62,752 nucleotides of DNA, filler included, from Rhabdomonas costata (GCA_019059605.1; 37 parts of 37 records of this genome joined end to end with filler, not necessarily neighbours in it), one strand, 5' to 3'. Counted from the whole stretch's first letter, positions 25,379 through 39,075 are shown. Notes: generated by a model not told the origin, from the sequence alone. Program-made: numbers and translations.

Positions 25379-28300
25379 CAAACCCNNNNNNNNNNNNNNN
25401 NNNNNNNNNNNNNNNNNNNNNNNNNNNNNTTAATTAATTAANNNNNNNNNNNNNNNNNNNNNNNNNNNNNNNNNNNNNNNNNNNNTTTTTGGGTTTCCAC
25501 TTTCGCCTTTGTGTTCAGCTTTTGGCTCGCATGGGGTGAAAAGCGCATCGGACCTATGATTCGGATTTGAACTTTTTCATCTGTGTTATTTGCACTAACA
25601 TCTCACTCCTGCGCGTGCGGTGGGCGAGAACAAAACGGGTTTGCGGCTTTTTCAACGAAGCAAGTCTGCAAATGGCAGCAGTGCAGTGTGCCAGTTTGCT
25701 GGCTGTGGGTTTCTCTCACCCGGCCACAATACGCGAACTGCAGAAATGCTGAGGTCGTTCCATTGTCCCAGCCGCCCTGCCTACAAAGAAGATGAGAGAA
25801 GCCCGTGTACTCGAAGCTGAAGGAATATTTTCTGTGCAATCCCAAGTCTTTGGGTACGCCCCCACGCTCAGTCACTCGCTGTGCTCAAGGGGCTTTCTGT
25901 GTGGTCTCCAGGTGACGGGAGAGGGAGATGTCTCCGAAAAGCCCGAGCCGGAGAGGGACCCCAAGAGCACCTTTATGGCTCTCGCCCCCGGCCGAGCACG
26001 GTGTGTGTTCACCTTGGCTGACTTTCCCCCTTGTGCTCAGCAGCTCAGAAAGGGAGCTTTTCTGAACTTGAAAGGAGTGCTCTTTTCGCAAATGGACATG
26101 ATCGTGTCAGGTGGTTTTGCAGGAAGTCGGGGTTAAGGTTTCCTCCTTTCATGTTCGTGTGTGGGAGATCGTTTTGCCTTTTTTAGGAACGCCTGTATTG
26201 CTCTGCAAGCTGTTTTCTTCTTCTCTTTCTCGATCCCCTGTCCCGGATCATTCCTCTGGATTTCAATTGCAAAGTTCTCGTAATTGCCTCCCTCTCTCTT
26301 TCCGTTGCAAAAGGTATATCTGTTACCTATCGGTCACTTGCGCTTTTTTTGTGTTTCTGCTGTGGGTGTCGCCAGGCCGGTCTCCCCGACTCACATGGAG
26401 CAGTCCTTGGCCACCGCCGCCCCTCGCCATGGCGCTGTGGTGTGGCAAAGCCCCTTCCGCCTCTCGGCGCCAACCCCTGTGAAACCCCCCTCCCCTGCTC
26501 TCCGCTCTGGGCCCTCGAGCCGTTTTTTTTGGCTAAATTCCATCTCCCTGTTCAGCCGTGGCCTTCTTTCTGCCTCGCCCCCTCACTTCCCTTGTCATTC
26601 CATTCTCATTTTCCATTGTTTCAACCCAACAATGTTCGCGAGACTTCATTTCAATGGTGATTTCTCAGGAGAACCCTCTCCATGCGATCGCCGTGAGGGA
26701 GCTGGCCGACGGGAATCTCCTGCTTGGGGTCCATCTTCTGATTAAGGTGTGGTAGGACCTGTGCTTCATGCGATCCTTCATCCAGCCTGAGCTTTTCCGA
26801 ATACAGCACGTTGAAAGCTTGGTGTGTTTCAATGACAACGGTATGCTGCCCTGGCTGTGTTTGCCATTCACCCTCCTCGCACTGCTCCCTAAACACAGGC
26901 GGATGCCTCACCGCACCAGACCATCTCAGCGGTGGTCCGGGCCAAGGTCCGCGCCTCGGAGAAGCTTAACCTGGACCACCGGTGTGCAAATTAATATGTC
27001 TTTCCTCCTTCTCGCCGCCAGCCCTCGGTCTGGGCACCCCACCCCGAGACACTCGCTTTCCTTACCCATTCATCACAACCACANNNNNNNNNNNNNNNNN
27101 NNNNNNNNNNNNNNNNNNNNNNNNNNNTTAATTAATTAANNNNNNNNNNNNNNNNNNNNNNNNNNNNNNNNNNNNNNNNNNNNGGGGGGTGGGGGTGTAG
27201 CAAAGGCACAGTACGCCTTCTTCCACAACTTTCAGGCCCCGAAAACATTGCCTTTGTTCAAATCGCAAGTACACTTGCAATGGCAAGTGCACCACGTACC
27301 GAGAAGTGGGAGTCTAATTTGAGAAAATCTCCACCTTTGAACTCTTTTGTGGGCTTCAACATCGCAGTGATGTGGGTGAAAGTCAACAAAAAGGCGATGA
27401 AGCAAAATCAGGCAAGAATTGCAACTTATCTACCACTCATACGATCCAGGGGTTGGTCACCCCGGCATCATAAGCCAGCTTGCAAACGCTTGCGCTCAAC
27501 AAACTGCAATTTTGTGCAGATTTTTGGATGCACCCCCATCCTCACCCGAACTGACGAGTTCTTCAAAGCTGAAAGATTGGGAACCGTTCGCAAGGTTTTA
27601 GTCACAGGCGCACTGGCGATGGCAGAGGTTTGGGAGAGGCATTCGTTGGGCAAAAAGAAAAGGTGGACCACTTCACACCGAACTGTGAGAAAGACACAAA
27701 AGAACCGATACGCTGAAACTACTTCCGAACTACAGGAGCACAAGATCGCCTTCTGGGGAACACGAAGTATTACGTGACGAGGAGGGGAAGAATGGGGAGT
27801 GGAAAGGATTGCAGCTTGCCCTGCAAAACACATGCGCGCACAACAAACAACCACCTCCAGACAGTGGTTGCAGAACAGGGTGAAGAAGGAAAGCCGAAAG
27901 CGAGCAAAGACCCGGAGCTTGAAGGAAAGCAGGGGTGGTGCGAGGGACCGCAGGTAGGGATGGGACGCGGGAAACAAGGAGCACAAAGGGGGCACATCCC
28001 AATCGGAAACCGGCACAAATCTGCAGCGTGCCCACGCCTTCTGGTGAGCAGGCATAGAAGGGGGAGGAGCGCGCTGGAAACTGTCGGAAAGCGGTGGTGT
28101 GGAACACGGCGCAAAAATGGTGGAAAAAACCACGCAGGCTGTATGTATGCAAAAGCAAAGTGTATGCTTTCAATACACATGTGTGTGTGTGTGTTCTCGG
28201 GCAATTGCTTCTGTTCGTCAACCCACACAAAATGCAAAAAAGCAATATCTTGAGATCTGCAGCAAAGAGCGCCTCCCTTCGAAGTAAAAGACATGCATTC

Positions 28301-29889
28301 AGAATTCCTAGGAAGCGGGCCTCTTGCCACAGACCACTGTCCCAACGCGAAGGAGACAAATAGTGAAAGCCTTCGCAAAGGGTGAAGGGGTGCGAGGTAT
28401 CCAGAAAAGCAAGTCAGTGCATCACCGGCACTCCCATCCTCCACTGAGAGAAATGAGGGAGACGTTGGCACCGTCCTGCACTGGTTTCATCCGGACCTCC
28501 TGCTTAAGAACTCAAGACACGACCCAAAAAATCGCCGTTACAGATGGGATCCAGGTACAGTGGGGATTGAGGACAGAGAGAAAAATGTCCTGAGCAAGAA
28601 TGGCAGAGCAGGTGCGACGAGAGGCTGGTAGGTGCAAGAAGATCGGCGGAATACGACATCACTGGTCGATCAACGACAACCCAATCATGACACAATCGAC
28701 TCACCGGAAAGCACTTGGAAAATGGACCCGGTGGAAGAAAACTCTATTGATGCGCCACTGCAAAAAATGATCCCAAAACCCNNNNNNNNNNNNNNNNNNN
28801 NNNNNNNNNNNNNNNNNNNNNNNNNTTAATTAATTAANNNNNNNNNNNNNNNNNNNNNNNNNNNNNNNNNNNNNNNNNNNNTGTGGGGGTTAAGAGATTT
28901 TCAAGAACGATGTGTGTTGTAATCAGATTTGGAATTTTTTCAAGCTCACCGCAGAAGCATGTCGTGCTCCAACCAACCCGACCAATTGCGAAGCGATAAT
29001 CCTGCTGGGACACCTAATGAGAACACGGGCTAGTTATTTTTCCAGCTTCGCGCAGTCTCGGTTTATAGTCACTCGAAGCCCCAAGTGTGCAAAGCACACG
29101 CGAGGGAAGTGGAGTTTGCAATCAGACGCCTTAATGATGACGAACTTTCGGCCAAGATCAGGGCGCGTGGGAAGAAACAATCTTTCGCTCTGCACAAAGG
29201 CACGGAAACCACTTATCATTCGGCGCCTTGATATGGTCTTTCGAGAGCTCATCCCAATTCGAAGCGCTGGAGTCTGCACAGTGGGACAGGGGTTCAGAGA
29301 GCCAGGATCCCCCCACTAGCTTCCAAGTTGAGGAGGAATCCAGCGCCTCAAGGAGAGCTATAGAAAGGAGAATCTGTTTGAGCCGGTGTGTTTTTTGTCT
29401 TTAGGGAGGCTCATTGAGCTGTGTGGGGAGTCTTTGCTGCCTTTGTCTTTGCTCTGGGAATGCTACACACCCTCAAAATCAATCACCATTGCCGATTGTT
29501 TTGGCAAGGTCTTGTAAGGATGATTTCTTTGACGGTAATTGACTTCAATGTTTCCCAACTGCCATTTGGAAATTTGGAAATTATCATAAAGAGTGGACAG
29601 CCAAAGATACTGATACCACCTTACGCCTCTACCCTCCACAAACATCACCACCCAACCAGAGGCCTTCACTCATCACGGTGGTCGAGTGAGGGCCGAACGA
29701 AGTGACAGTCGTAGCAACCATGCAGCAGAGGACACCGTTCCGAGTGGAGTGAGGGACCATGAGGTTTTTTCACTGAGCTTGCCATTTGCCGGAAATGCGT
29801 TTTTAGCTCTCGCTGGATGACCAGTTCCTCTTCTATCCATCCCCTTTCTTTTGGGTCGATCGCTTCATTTTCATTGATCTTTACTGTGA

Positions 29890-30255
29890 ATGCATAATGC
29901 GGCGTTTCCTCGCGCTGCCCTGTTTATTCGCCTGGAGCCCTTCCGTCTGCTCTGCCTGGCGCTCACCCTGTCTTTCTTCCTCGTCCGGTACTCCATGCCC
30001 AACCCTCCTGCTGTCCCCGCTTCGGACCGAGAGATGCCCGCCTCTAAACAGAACCACAGCAGCACCGTGCACGCGGATGACAGTAGGCTGCCAGCACGTC
30101 CAATTCTGGAGGCTCCCGGTTTTTCGCTGTTTCCGGGGACCTCTGAGCTCCCTCAAATTATGCTGAGTTTGCTGTGGGCTGCGGCGACGGAGCTAAACTC
30201 CAGCCAGACGGACATCGTGAGCTTCTCCTCGGCGGCATGCTGGGCCGTTGTTCAA
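29890..30255 (+). CDS. Probable first exon of a type II membrane protein
   Basis: ATG, hydrophobic anchor FRLLCLALTLSFFLV, Pro/Ser-rich stem, then a donor-like gtatga. Confidence 0.4.
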
Positions 30256-31196
30256 GTATGAGGTGAGGGCCTGTTGACTTTCCCCTTCTGCCTTTATGGT
30301 GCTGATTTGAAACGGGTTGTAAGAGGAGCGCTGTGCGGTTATTGGGCGCTGTACTTTCCTGGGGCAAGTCTCAAGTATTTGCATTTATAAGCTATCTTTT
30401 TTCTTAAAGGGTATCTTCTCGTTGTTTTCTTTCGCACGTGGTCTGTTCACCTTACCAAATACATCCAAGACCAACCAACCNNNNNNNNNNNNNNNNNNNN
30501 NNNNNNNNNNNNNNNNNNNNNNNNTTAATTAATTAANNNNNNNNNNNNNNNNNNNNNNNNNNNNNNNNNNNNNNNNNNNNCTAAGCCGCCCGCTCCGGCC
30601 TGCGCCCGAGGCTGATGCTCCCATTTGTCCTCCCTGTTCCCAGAAACAGTAGTTTCGGTCAGGTTTGGGGTGCTGACCTGAAATGCTTATCAAGGAGCAT
30701 TGGGACCCCTCACCCCCTCACACGAAATCAATATTATTTCGAGGGTGCTCACAGCCTCAGCCCCAGGGGAGGGGGTCTTGGAAGATACTTGGAGTCGTCT
30801 TCGGGGATACTGTTGTGGGTCTTGGCCAGCACTGACTTCTTCTTTTGCCCCACACTGCCCAAAGAGCCTTGCGGAGATGCCACGGACTTGCGGGGGATCT
30901 TTGCCCCGGGCTTTGCCTTCGCGTCCTGTGCCCGCGGCCACCCGCCCACCCACAGCAAAGAAGCAATCAGGGGTTAGGACATCTCGCGGAACATGTCACA
31001 AGGCTCACATTTTTTTCACAGACAGCTCCTTAAAGGCAGCGCGGAAGTTTAGCACAGGAAAAACGAAGAGGAACCAGAAGGAGCTCTCACAATGTCACAC
31101 CAAAAGGGCATTGCGCCTCACTGCACATTCCGCATCCCCACAAGCCATGGAAAATTCAAAAAATAGATGGATTGACATCCTTTCGAAATTCAAACA

Positions 31197-31227
<31 letters not shown>

Positions 31228-32862
31228 GAACACGCACTTTCTCCGCAGGCAGCTTATCGTCAAGTGTCACACTGTGCTCCAGGGTAACGTCGTTCTGTGT
31301 GCGGAGAAGACGGGGAGCGGGTCCAACAATACAATCGGAAGAGAACGTTAAAGGCATTATGTAGCTGATGATGTAACTTATTTGGGAGACATAGGCAAGA
31401 AATGGGGTCAATGCCTGCGTGCCACCTCAAAAGAGACAGAAAAGCTACCGTTGAACCAAGAGGGGGGGTTCTGGAACACTGTAAAAAAACGCAAACCATT
31501 TTAGCGCAGTTGTTTCAAGGCTTCAAGAACATTTCCCGCGTCACAGTCCATTTGTACAGTCCATTTGCGATATGCATTCAGTCGCATCCAGATGTGCAAG
31601 GTAGCCGTCCCAGAGGTTTTCACATCTGACCTTTAACAATTTGCACAGTCCAAAGGTGAGCGAATGCGCGGTACCTGTCGGAGTAGCTCGGCGAGCTTCC
31701 CGGCCTGCGAGCGGGCCTCCTCAACCTTGCGGGCCTCGGCCTTTCTGTGCTCCTCACGGAGATGGTCCAGGTGAACCCCCTCGTTGGGGTGCATCTCCGC
31801 TCGGCTGACCACTGTGGGCCGGCTCCCCTTCTGAAAACAACGACGCCGACAACTAAGGGGATGCAGTTCTCGGGTTCTTATTTCCTTTGTTCTGAGGAAA
31901 CGAACTACATGGGAGAAAAACTCACTACGAATGTCCTCATGCGTATGCGTGGAACGACTGCCGTGCAAAAGCAACGGCACACCATCCGCGACTTGCTCGA
32001 CACCTATTTGTGTGAAGAACACCCGCACATTGGCTATGCTAACTTTGCGAACTTTTTTTAAAAACAAAAACAATGGACAACACCACAGGGAGACAAGGGA
32101 GACACCCCCTCCAGACACAACCGCAATGCTTGGCGAGGCGTGTGCGCCAAGTGGTTTAGGGACAGGGGTGCGGGAGGTGCNNNNNNNNNNNNNNNNNNNN
32201 NNNNNNNNNNNNNNNNNNNNNNNNTTAATTAATTAANNNNNNNNNNNNNNNNNNNNNNNNNNNNNNNNNNNNNNNNNNNNGAAGTTCTTGTGGTTTTCCT
32301 TTTTTAGCGGATGAGCCCATGGCGCAGACACTTACGGCCTCGATTGTGCTTCTTCTAAAGGGCTCGGTGTGGAGCCCAGAAGCCCTGGCAGAGCACTACG
32401 CAAGAAAGACCCGCGAGCCGCCGAAGAAAGCCGCTGGCGGAGTCGTAATAGGAGGTCAAAAGGACTCCACAGCCGAGGCGCAGGGTACTCCCCGCTCACG
32501 AGACGAAGATGGTGCATTGATGAAGATGGGGTATGGGCGTTTTCCATTAGCACTACTAATGGTAGCGGCTGTTAAACGGTGTTAAATTATGCTTTTATCA
32601 AGCTTGACGGTGAAGCATTTAATACCCTCCATCCAATTCCCTCCACAAATATAGGGTGTAGCGTGGTTAAAACGGCAGGAATAGCATCACATGGTGGTGG
32701 AATAAACTGTAGAACAGTAGAGTGCTAAAAGTGTGTGATTTTTAGCGTCGAGTGGTATTGTGCTCGGATTGGGGAATATGGAACCTTTGGAAATCCCTTC
32801 ATGTGAATGGTTTCATTTCAATCTTTCACGAAATTAGGTTAACGGTGTTCTCACCTCCGCAG

Positions 32863-33569
32863 CGCCGCTGATTAACAAGGATCGCCTTTTGAAGATCGGG
32901 GTGACCCGCCGCAGAATCAAAGTCCCTGTAGCAGAGCTGTGTGACGCTGTGCTGAGCTACGACGTGTCGCGGATTTGCCTCGAGGACGTCGAGAAGCTTC
33001 TGGGGCTGGTGGCCGTAGTGACGTGGAAACCCGTGGCCCTCTCTGAGACCTTCCGTGGCGAGGTTGGCAAGTCGACTCGAAGGCGCACCCCCACTTGCAG
33101 TTGGTCTGGTCATACGGGAAACTGTTGCTACACCACAGTAATGTAAAAGTTTCCGGGCGCACACCCAGGGAGCGAGCGCAGCATTCAAAGGTTCGCCCGA
33201 AAACGGAGATAACAGCTGTGCATTAGCAAGTTTCTATGCAAGCTAGCTCGCTTCCACACTGACTTTTTAACCTGCATGCGTGGCAAAGGTACCGCCCGCC
33301 ATACTGGTGAGCCCGCAATCCCGTGACAGCGACTACACACGCTCTCATCACACACAAAAGGCAGGCACTCATCTGTCACCACAGTCACCAAGCGTCTGCT
33401 GTCTCACCCACAGGGGCGAATTCTGGATGAGGCCGTGGCGAAGGGCCGGGTGCTGAGTGAGGAGGAGGCACTCGTACTGGCGCTGTACCGAATCCCCGAG
33501 CTGGCGCCCCGGCTGTGGAGCTGGCAGTTCATGGAAAGCTTCCCGAAGACCTGTGGAGATCTTCGCAAG
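32863..33569 (+). CDS. Formin FH2 domain, two exons (32863 to 33008 or 33062; 33414-~33569)
   Basis: LINKDRLLKIGVTRRRIKVPVAELCDAVLSYD...LEDVEKLL and LSEEEALVLALYRIPELAPRLWSWQFMESF follow the FH2 pattern (L...E.F...L..IP....RL....F...F). Confidence 0.8.
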
Positions 33570-34335
33570 GAATGCCCTCTCTCCCGCTCATCAAATGCTC
33601 ATAGGCACGCTCGTGGCTTCAAATCGCCTGCAACATTTCTGCTATCATCATTTATCTTCGATGCTTGGCCTTGGAAAAAGGTGCCCTGTTTGTCCGGTCT
33701 GGAAAATTACCGGTCCAATTGATTCAGACATGACGTTTTTGGGGGATGTGGTTGTATTACTGATGTAGTGTATCAATGAATGCATCTATGAAGCAGTCAA
33801 CCTTTTTTTCTTTTGATTTACGAGAGACAAGAGAATTGACAAGAAACGAAAATCAGAGAAATCGGTTGTACACAAAACCNNNNNNNNNNNNNNNNNNNNN
33901 NNNNNNNNNNNNNNNNNNNNNNNTTAATTAATTAANNNNNNNNNNNNNNNNNNNNNNNNNNNNNNNNNNNNNNNNNNNNGTGTTTTGTGGTGTTTGCATG
34001 ATCAGACGAAAAGCCTCGAAAGATGAAACCAACTTGCAGCTGACAGCGCCTCCCCCTTCACAAGTGGAAGTCGACGCAGCGAGCCGCTTGCAAAAAAAGT
34101 GCATCAAATAACCAGCCCTTCTTGAAATAAAAATTGGATCTTGATTCGAGTGCAGTTTCTGTGTATAGTTGAAAAATTATCCGTCCCCGTGAATGACTCT
34201 TGTCCCGACCCGGACTAAAATCCCCCAAGCGTGCCAATAACTTCTTTTTGACAGCCTCCCACCAAATGCAGGGTAGACCAAAATAGTAACTCTCATTTGC
34301 CCTTGTAGTTTCGGGGGAGCGGTGGGGAGCTGGAC

Positions 34336-34453
34336 TATTTGGCAGCTGGCAATGGATAGTGAGCTTCTCTGTCGCCTTGACGGGCCGGCGCTGGACAATG
34401 GTGTTGCGGACGTGCAGGGTTCCGATCGCGGCCAAGGGGAAGCGAGGATGAGC
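34336..34453 (-). CDS. Exon of a MaoC-like (hot-dog fold) acyl dehydratase
   Basis: HPRFPLAAIGTLHVRNTIVQRRPVKATEKLTI fits the FP....G.(V/L)H..N.I...RP motif of double-hot-dog MaoC-like proteins. Confidence 0.55.
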
Positions 34454-35678
34454 CTGAGAAGCGAGGGAGCGAAATGAGCGGAAAAGTCCATCCCACAGGA
34501 GCTGTTCTGATCTCGTAAAGTCTCCCGCATCTCGAGAAGCAGTAGTGCATGAGGGCAGTGGTTCCCCACCCACAGTGACCACTGTCACTTCCATTCCGAA
34601 CGTTCGGTTGCAACTCCTGAGAAATGAACCTCCGGCACCCTGCTTCTCCGCTGTTCCTCCACCTGGAATGGGTCACGTAGGTAGCGAGATACACCTCTCG
34701 ACTAAGAGACCTGGCAATAACGCTGCCATTATCGGCTCTTGCGATGGGAGCGCATCTGTGTGTTTTTCTTTTTTGGGAGGGGGGGGTGCCGGAAACCAGG
34801 AGATCCTTAACACGCACGATTTGCACGGGGCATTAACGGAGACACTTGGTACCTGCTGTTCAAATGGAAGATTTGCGAAGTCTGAGGGGGATGAACGAAC
34901 GGCCGCAGACTCTACCAGGTTTTAAAAGGGGTTAGAGGGTTAGAGGGTTAGAGCCAACCACGACTGGTCTCCAAGTTCGCTTGGTTTGGTCTCAGGTTCT
35001 TACCCCAGGGATACTCAGCATGTTACCCCTGGTGCGCCCTGCATTACAGGAATATTTTCTTCATCATCTCCATCTCTGTACATTGAATTTGAAGCACAAT
35101 TTGAGCACAGCCATAGAAACGCAAATATTGACAAAAAATACCAGCAGGGAAGTCTGAAGGAGGAAGGAGTATGACTCCAGGTAGCAGACCGGCAGCATTT
35201 CTAACAAACAAAAGCAGCGTGCAACGAAATCCGAATTTCTCTGAAAATACTGCGATATCCTTGACGACACCGCAAGTACTGCATTACTCCTCTTCTAGAT
35301 CCCGAGGTGGAAAAACAAAAAAGCCCGCCAAACGAGCCCGAATTTACGTTGACATGCATTGGACTTGATGCTGCGGCTTAAGTGCCCACGCCACGGCACC
35401 AAAGCCACCTGTTATGGGACATTGGTTCTGGTTCTATCTTCAATGTTTCATTTGGGCGTACACCCATCTTTCATACACGTAGCTGCCTCTTCTGGTACCT
35501 AAGTCACCGGTACCCTCTGGTACCTCTCTTATAACTCACCAAAGACAGAGCATTTTAGCCATAGTCCACCCAAACCCCNNNNNNNNNNNNNNNNNNNNNN
35601 NNNNNNNNNNNNNNNNNNNNNNTTAATTAATTAANNNNNNNNNNNNNNNNNNNNNNNNNNNNNNNNNNNNNNNNNNNN

Positions 35679-35863
35679 GGTGGGTGGTGGACGACTTTGT
35701 GTTCCTGTGCTTCCTGGTGTGCAACGACTTCCTGCCACTCATGCCCACAGTGATCGTCTGGGAGGGCAGCCTGGCGCTGCTGTTCCGGGTGTGCTCTGAG
35801 GAGTTTGCGGGCCGCGGGGCCTTCCTCGCCCGCCACGGCGTGGTGAACTGGAAGGCCGCCGAG
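35679..35863 (+). CDS. XRN-family 5'-3' exoribonuclease-like exon (conserved region 2)
   Basis: [33 protein letters not shown]...GAFLARHGVVNW versus the XRN consensus [20 protein letters not shown]...I.EGA...L...GYL...G.VN. Confidence 0.85.
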
Positions 35864-36082
35864 GTACCATTTATCAGGATTGATTTGTTCCGTAGGAAAA
35901 AGGATATCACTCCCGGTATCAACGCCTCTCACACATCAGCGGAGTCTGTATGCTGCCATGGTGTGTGTGTGTGTGTGTGTGTTGGGCGCATTGCGCGCTG
36001 TCTGTTGCCTGGTTGACTGGTTGTTGGTGACCACTGTGGACTGACTGGGGCACGCGCTGTTGGCCACGGGTGCTCGCGAGAG

Positions 36083-37270
36083 GTGCAGAAGAGTAGCAAG
36101 CTGAACCAAGAGCAGATCGCAATGTGCCGCAAGGTCGAGGAGCTGCAGGCCGTGGTGCAGCAGAAGGAGCGTGAGAAGGACAAGCTGCAGGAGACCATCG
36201 AGCAGCTCAAGAAGGCCGCTCAGGAGACCGAGGAGCAGGGCAAGACCTTCCAGCAGATGGAGGGCCAGCTCAAGGAGAAGCACTCCCGGTGTGCAACGCT
36301 CTTCTCCCTTCAACTTGCGAAGTAGACTTCCCCCTGCAGCCTTGGGAACGGGGGACTGTGTAAGGAAGCTGTGAGATACGCCTGTCATCAGGTTTAAAAC
36401 TGCACTCACCAAGACCGTTGTCGGAGATGCGATTCATTTTCAACTCAGAACTCAGCGCATTGCAACGCTCATCTCCGTAGGAAAATGTGGCGCGAAAGCA
36501 CACATGTACAAAAAACCCTTGTGAATTTTAAAACTCCCGGTTGCCTTTCATTACTCCCTGAAGTTCAGTTTATATTCTCTCTCGGGTTCCAGTGAGATCC
36601 AGAAGCTCGAAGCGAAGCTGAACGAAAAGGTTATTGCGCTGGAGAACAACCGCAAGGTGCTGACTACGCAGCAGGAGCTGCTGGAGAAGAAGAAGCAGAA
36701 GGAGCTGGAGTTGGTTGAGAAGGTATTCCAGGGAGGATATGGGACATAGCTAGATCGTGCTTCGGATTTTATGCCATATTTGCGGTGGCTCGCAGTTTGA
36801 TTTGGCAGGTTCGGCAGCCTTTTCACTCTTGGCAGACTACTCGGCATCAGCAATGAGGACAGAGTTTTGACAAAGTCCTTTTCCCTTGTTTTTGCTGTGG
36901 TGAGAGCGCTGTGGTGGAGCAAGGGCAATGGAGGCCGATGGACATGGAAATGCTCGCGAGCAGGAGCTTGATAAGATTTGTCATTTATAGAATGAAAGTG
37001 CACAACCGAGTGCTTATTCGCAGAGGAGGAGGCAGGATGCTCAGGGCCAAACGGGTAAAGGCTACCGCGATGCCTCCAAAGTGACCCCCTCCCCGTCTTG
37101 GTCCTAGGTTAACATGCTGACAGCCCAGCTCAAGGAGGCCGGAGACAGTGTCCGGCAGCAGCTGGCGGAGCAGGCCGAGAAGATGACGCAGCACAATAAC
37201 AAGCGAATTGAGGACCTCGTGGGGAAGCACCGGCTGCAGCTGCAGAAGGAGGCCAAGGAGAAGGACAAAC
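36083..37270 (+). CDS. Long coiled-coil protein exons (36083-36288, 36593-36722, 37108-contig end)
   Basis: E/K/Q-rich heptad sequence with in-frame GT-AG junctions. Confidence 0.85.
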
Positions 37271-38734
37271 CCAACACNNNNNNNNNNNNNNNNNNNNNNN
37301 NNNNNNNNNNNNNNNNNNNNNTTAATTAATTAANNNNNNNNNNNNNNNNNNNNNNNNNNNNNNNNNNNNNNNNNNNNTGTGGTGTGTACCATGGGCACCC
37401 CTGCGGGAGAGAGCCAAGAGGACGGCCTGTCCCACGTTGGAAGAGGGGCCACTGGTCGGGGCGCTGCTCGCCGCCGCCGCGGTTCCTCGCTGTTCAAGAG
37501 CACGCACGGGCGATCGAAGTGGGCGGAGTTCCAGAACTGAGGGAGGGGAGACGGCTGATGGAACGGCCTCGTGATTTGAGTTTTGTGGGAAATGGAGATG
37601 CCACTGCTGTGCAAGAGCACTGAAGTTTGGAATGGCTGGAGGCTAGCAAAATCGCCCAGGCTTCAGCAATCCACCTACATCACGTAATAAGAAAGGCAAA
37701 AGGAATGAGGGCTGGCTCTGTGAGGTGCGAGGTGTGAGGTATATTCGAGGTGTGAAATTTTCGTGAATCGATAGGCGGTCGGACAAAAATGACATCCACT
37801 GCTGCTAGCCGAAATCTTCTTAGGTTCCCAACAGCGCCGTGTTATTGGGGGCTGTCCTTGCATATCTTCTGATAAGAGGCCCGTGTGGGAATTTAGCGTA
37901 TGGGAAGGATTTGCACCGTCAAGCTTGCGTGCCGTAAGTTTCCTTCCGGTGAAGTTTGTGTGGTTTGCGTGGTTTGCCTTAATTTTTTTTGGACCGCGTC
38001 TTTTCAAAAGTGAGAAGTGAAAAACCACAGTTGATGTCGTCCGTCCATCTCGAAACATCGGTTTATCCCAGAAAAAGGTACCTGAACGCTGCAGCTTGCA
38101 AAGGAACCGACGTGGTTTACATAGCGACTTTTCACTATCCCTGAACCCTCTGAAAGTCCAAATGGTGACATTTTGGCACCTTTACTTTCACTTTTAAGTT
38201 AACTTGGGTAATATACCCGTATGACGGTCGTGCCATTTTCAGCAACTGAAAAAACTGCAACTAGCTTGGGAATTTTTTGGCTGAATTGGACGGGTGTCCA
38301 ACGCGTTTTGGAGTAAGGGTCTCATAAATTGAAGTTTTATTTTGTTGAAATGCACGTGATGACTGTGTTGAATGGATTTTGGATTCCCCAAGTGAACTAT
38401 GTGCGTAACGCTTGTGATAAAATCTGATTATCATGTAAATCCCATTTCCTGTCCCAACTGTCCAACTCAGCACATCAAAAAGTCCATGTCCGTCCAACCC
38501 GAAGTCTCGAAGTTGACAGTCCATTTTATCGTGATCGCAAGCTGTAAAGCTCTGTTTGTTGGCTGGGGTTCCTGTCGGGGCATTACCTCGTTATCAGGGT
38601 TCTGTATGGGTCAACACCCCCTTGGTGTGTACTCGTCGCTTGCTTTCTTGTTTGTGTGGTACTTCTGTTGTTTTGGGTGCTTACCTCCCTGAGGAGCCTG
38701 CCCACAACCTTTCTCTGTTGGAATTCTAAACGGC

Positions 38735-38975
38735 ATGCTGCACGCGCGAGCCGCAGCGGTGTTGCTGGTTGCCGCGATGGCAGTGGCGTTTTTGGTGCCT
38801 CGCCCCGCTCAGGACAGGACCTCGGCCGTTGTGCTGCGCCCGTTGGTTCTGCCGTTGTCCCCCTCTTTGGTTTCGAATCAGCCCCCTGTTACACCAGCCA
38901 TACCGGGGCGCCCAGCCATGCTCAACATCTCCGCCCGTTCAGAACCGTCCAGTCCACACACAAGTCCAAACCAAC
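38735..38975 (+). CDS. N-terminus of a secreted or signal-anchored protein
   Basis: MLHARAAAVLLVAAMAVAFLV followed by a Pro-rich stem; open to the contig end. Confidence 0.5.
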
Positions 38976-39075
38976 NNNNNNNNNNNNNNNNNNNNNNNNN
39001 NNNNNNNNNNNNNNNNNNNTTAATTAATTAANNNNNNNNNNNNNNNNNNNNNNNNNNNNNNNNNNNNNNNNNNNN

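Noticed and set aside
27400-27601. IRQELQLIYHSYDPGVGHPG resembling an integrase zinc-binding motif
   Set aside because: No following W or CxxC, and no integrase core. The match is too weak.
34928-34953. (GGGTTAGA)x3 telomere-like repeat
   Set aside because: Only three internal units of an 8-mer that is not TTAGGG, so there is too little evidence for a telomere.
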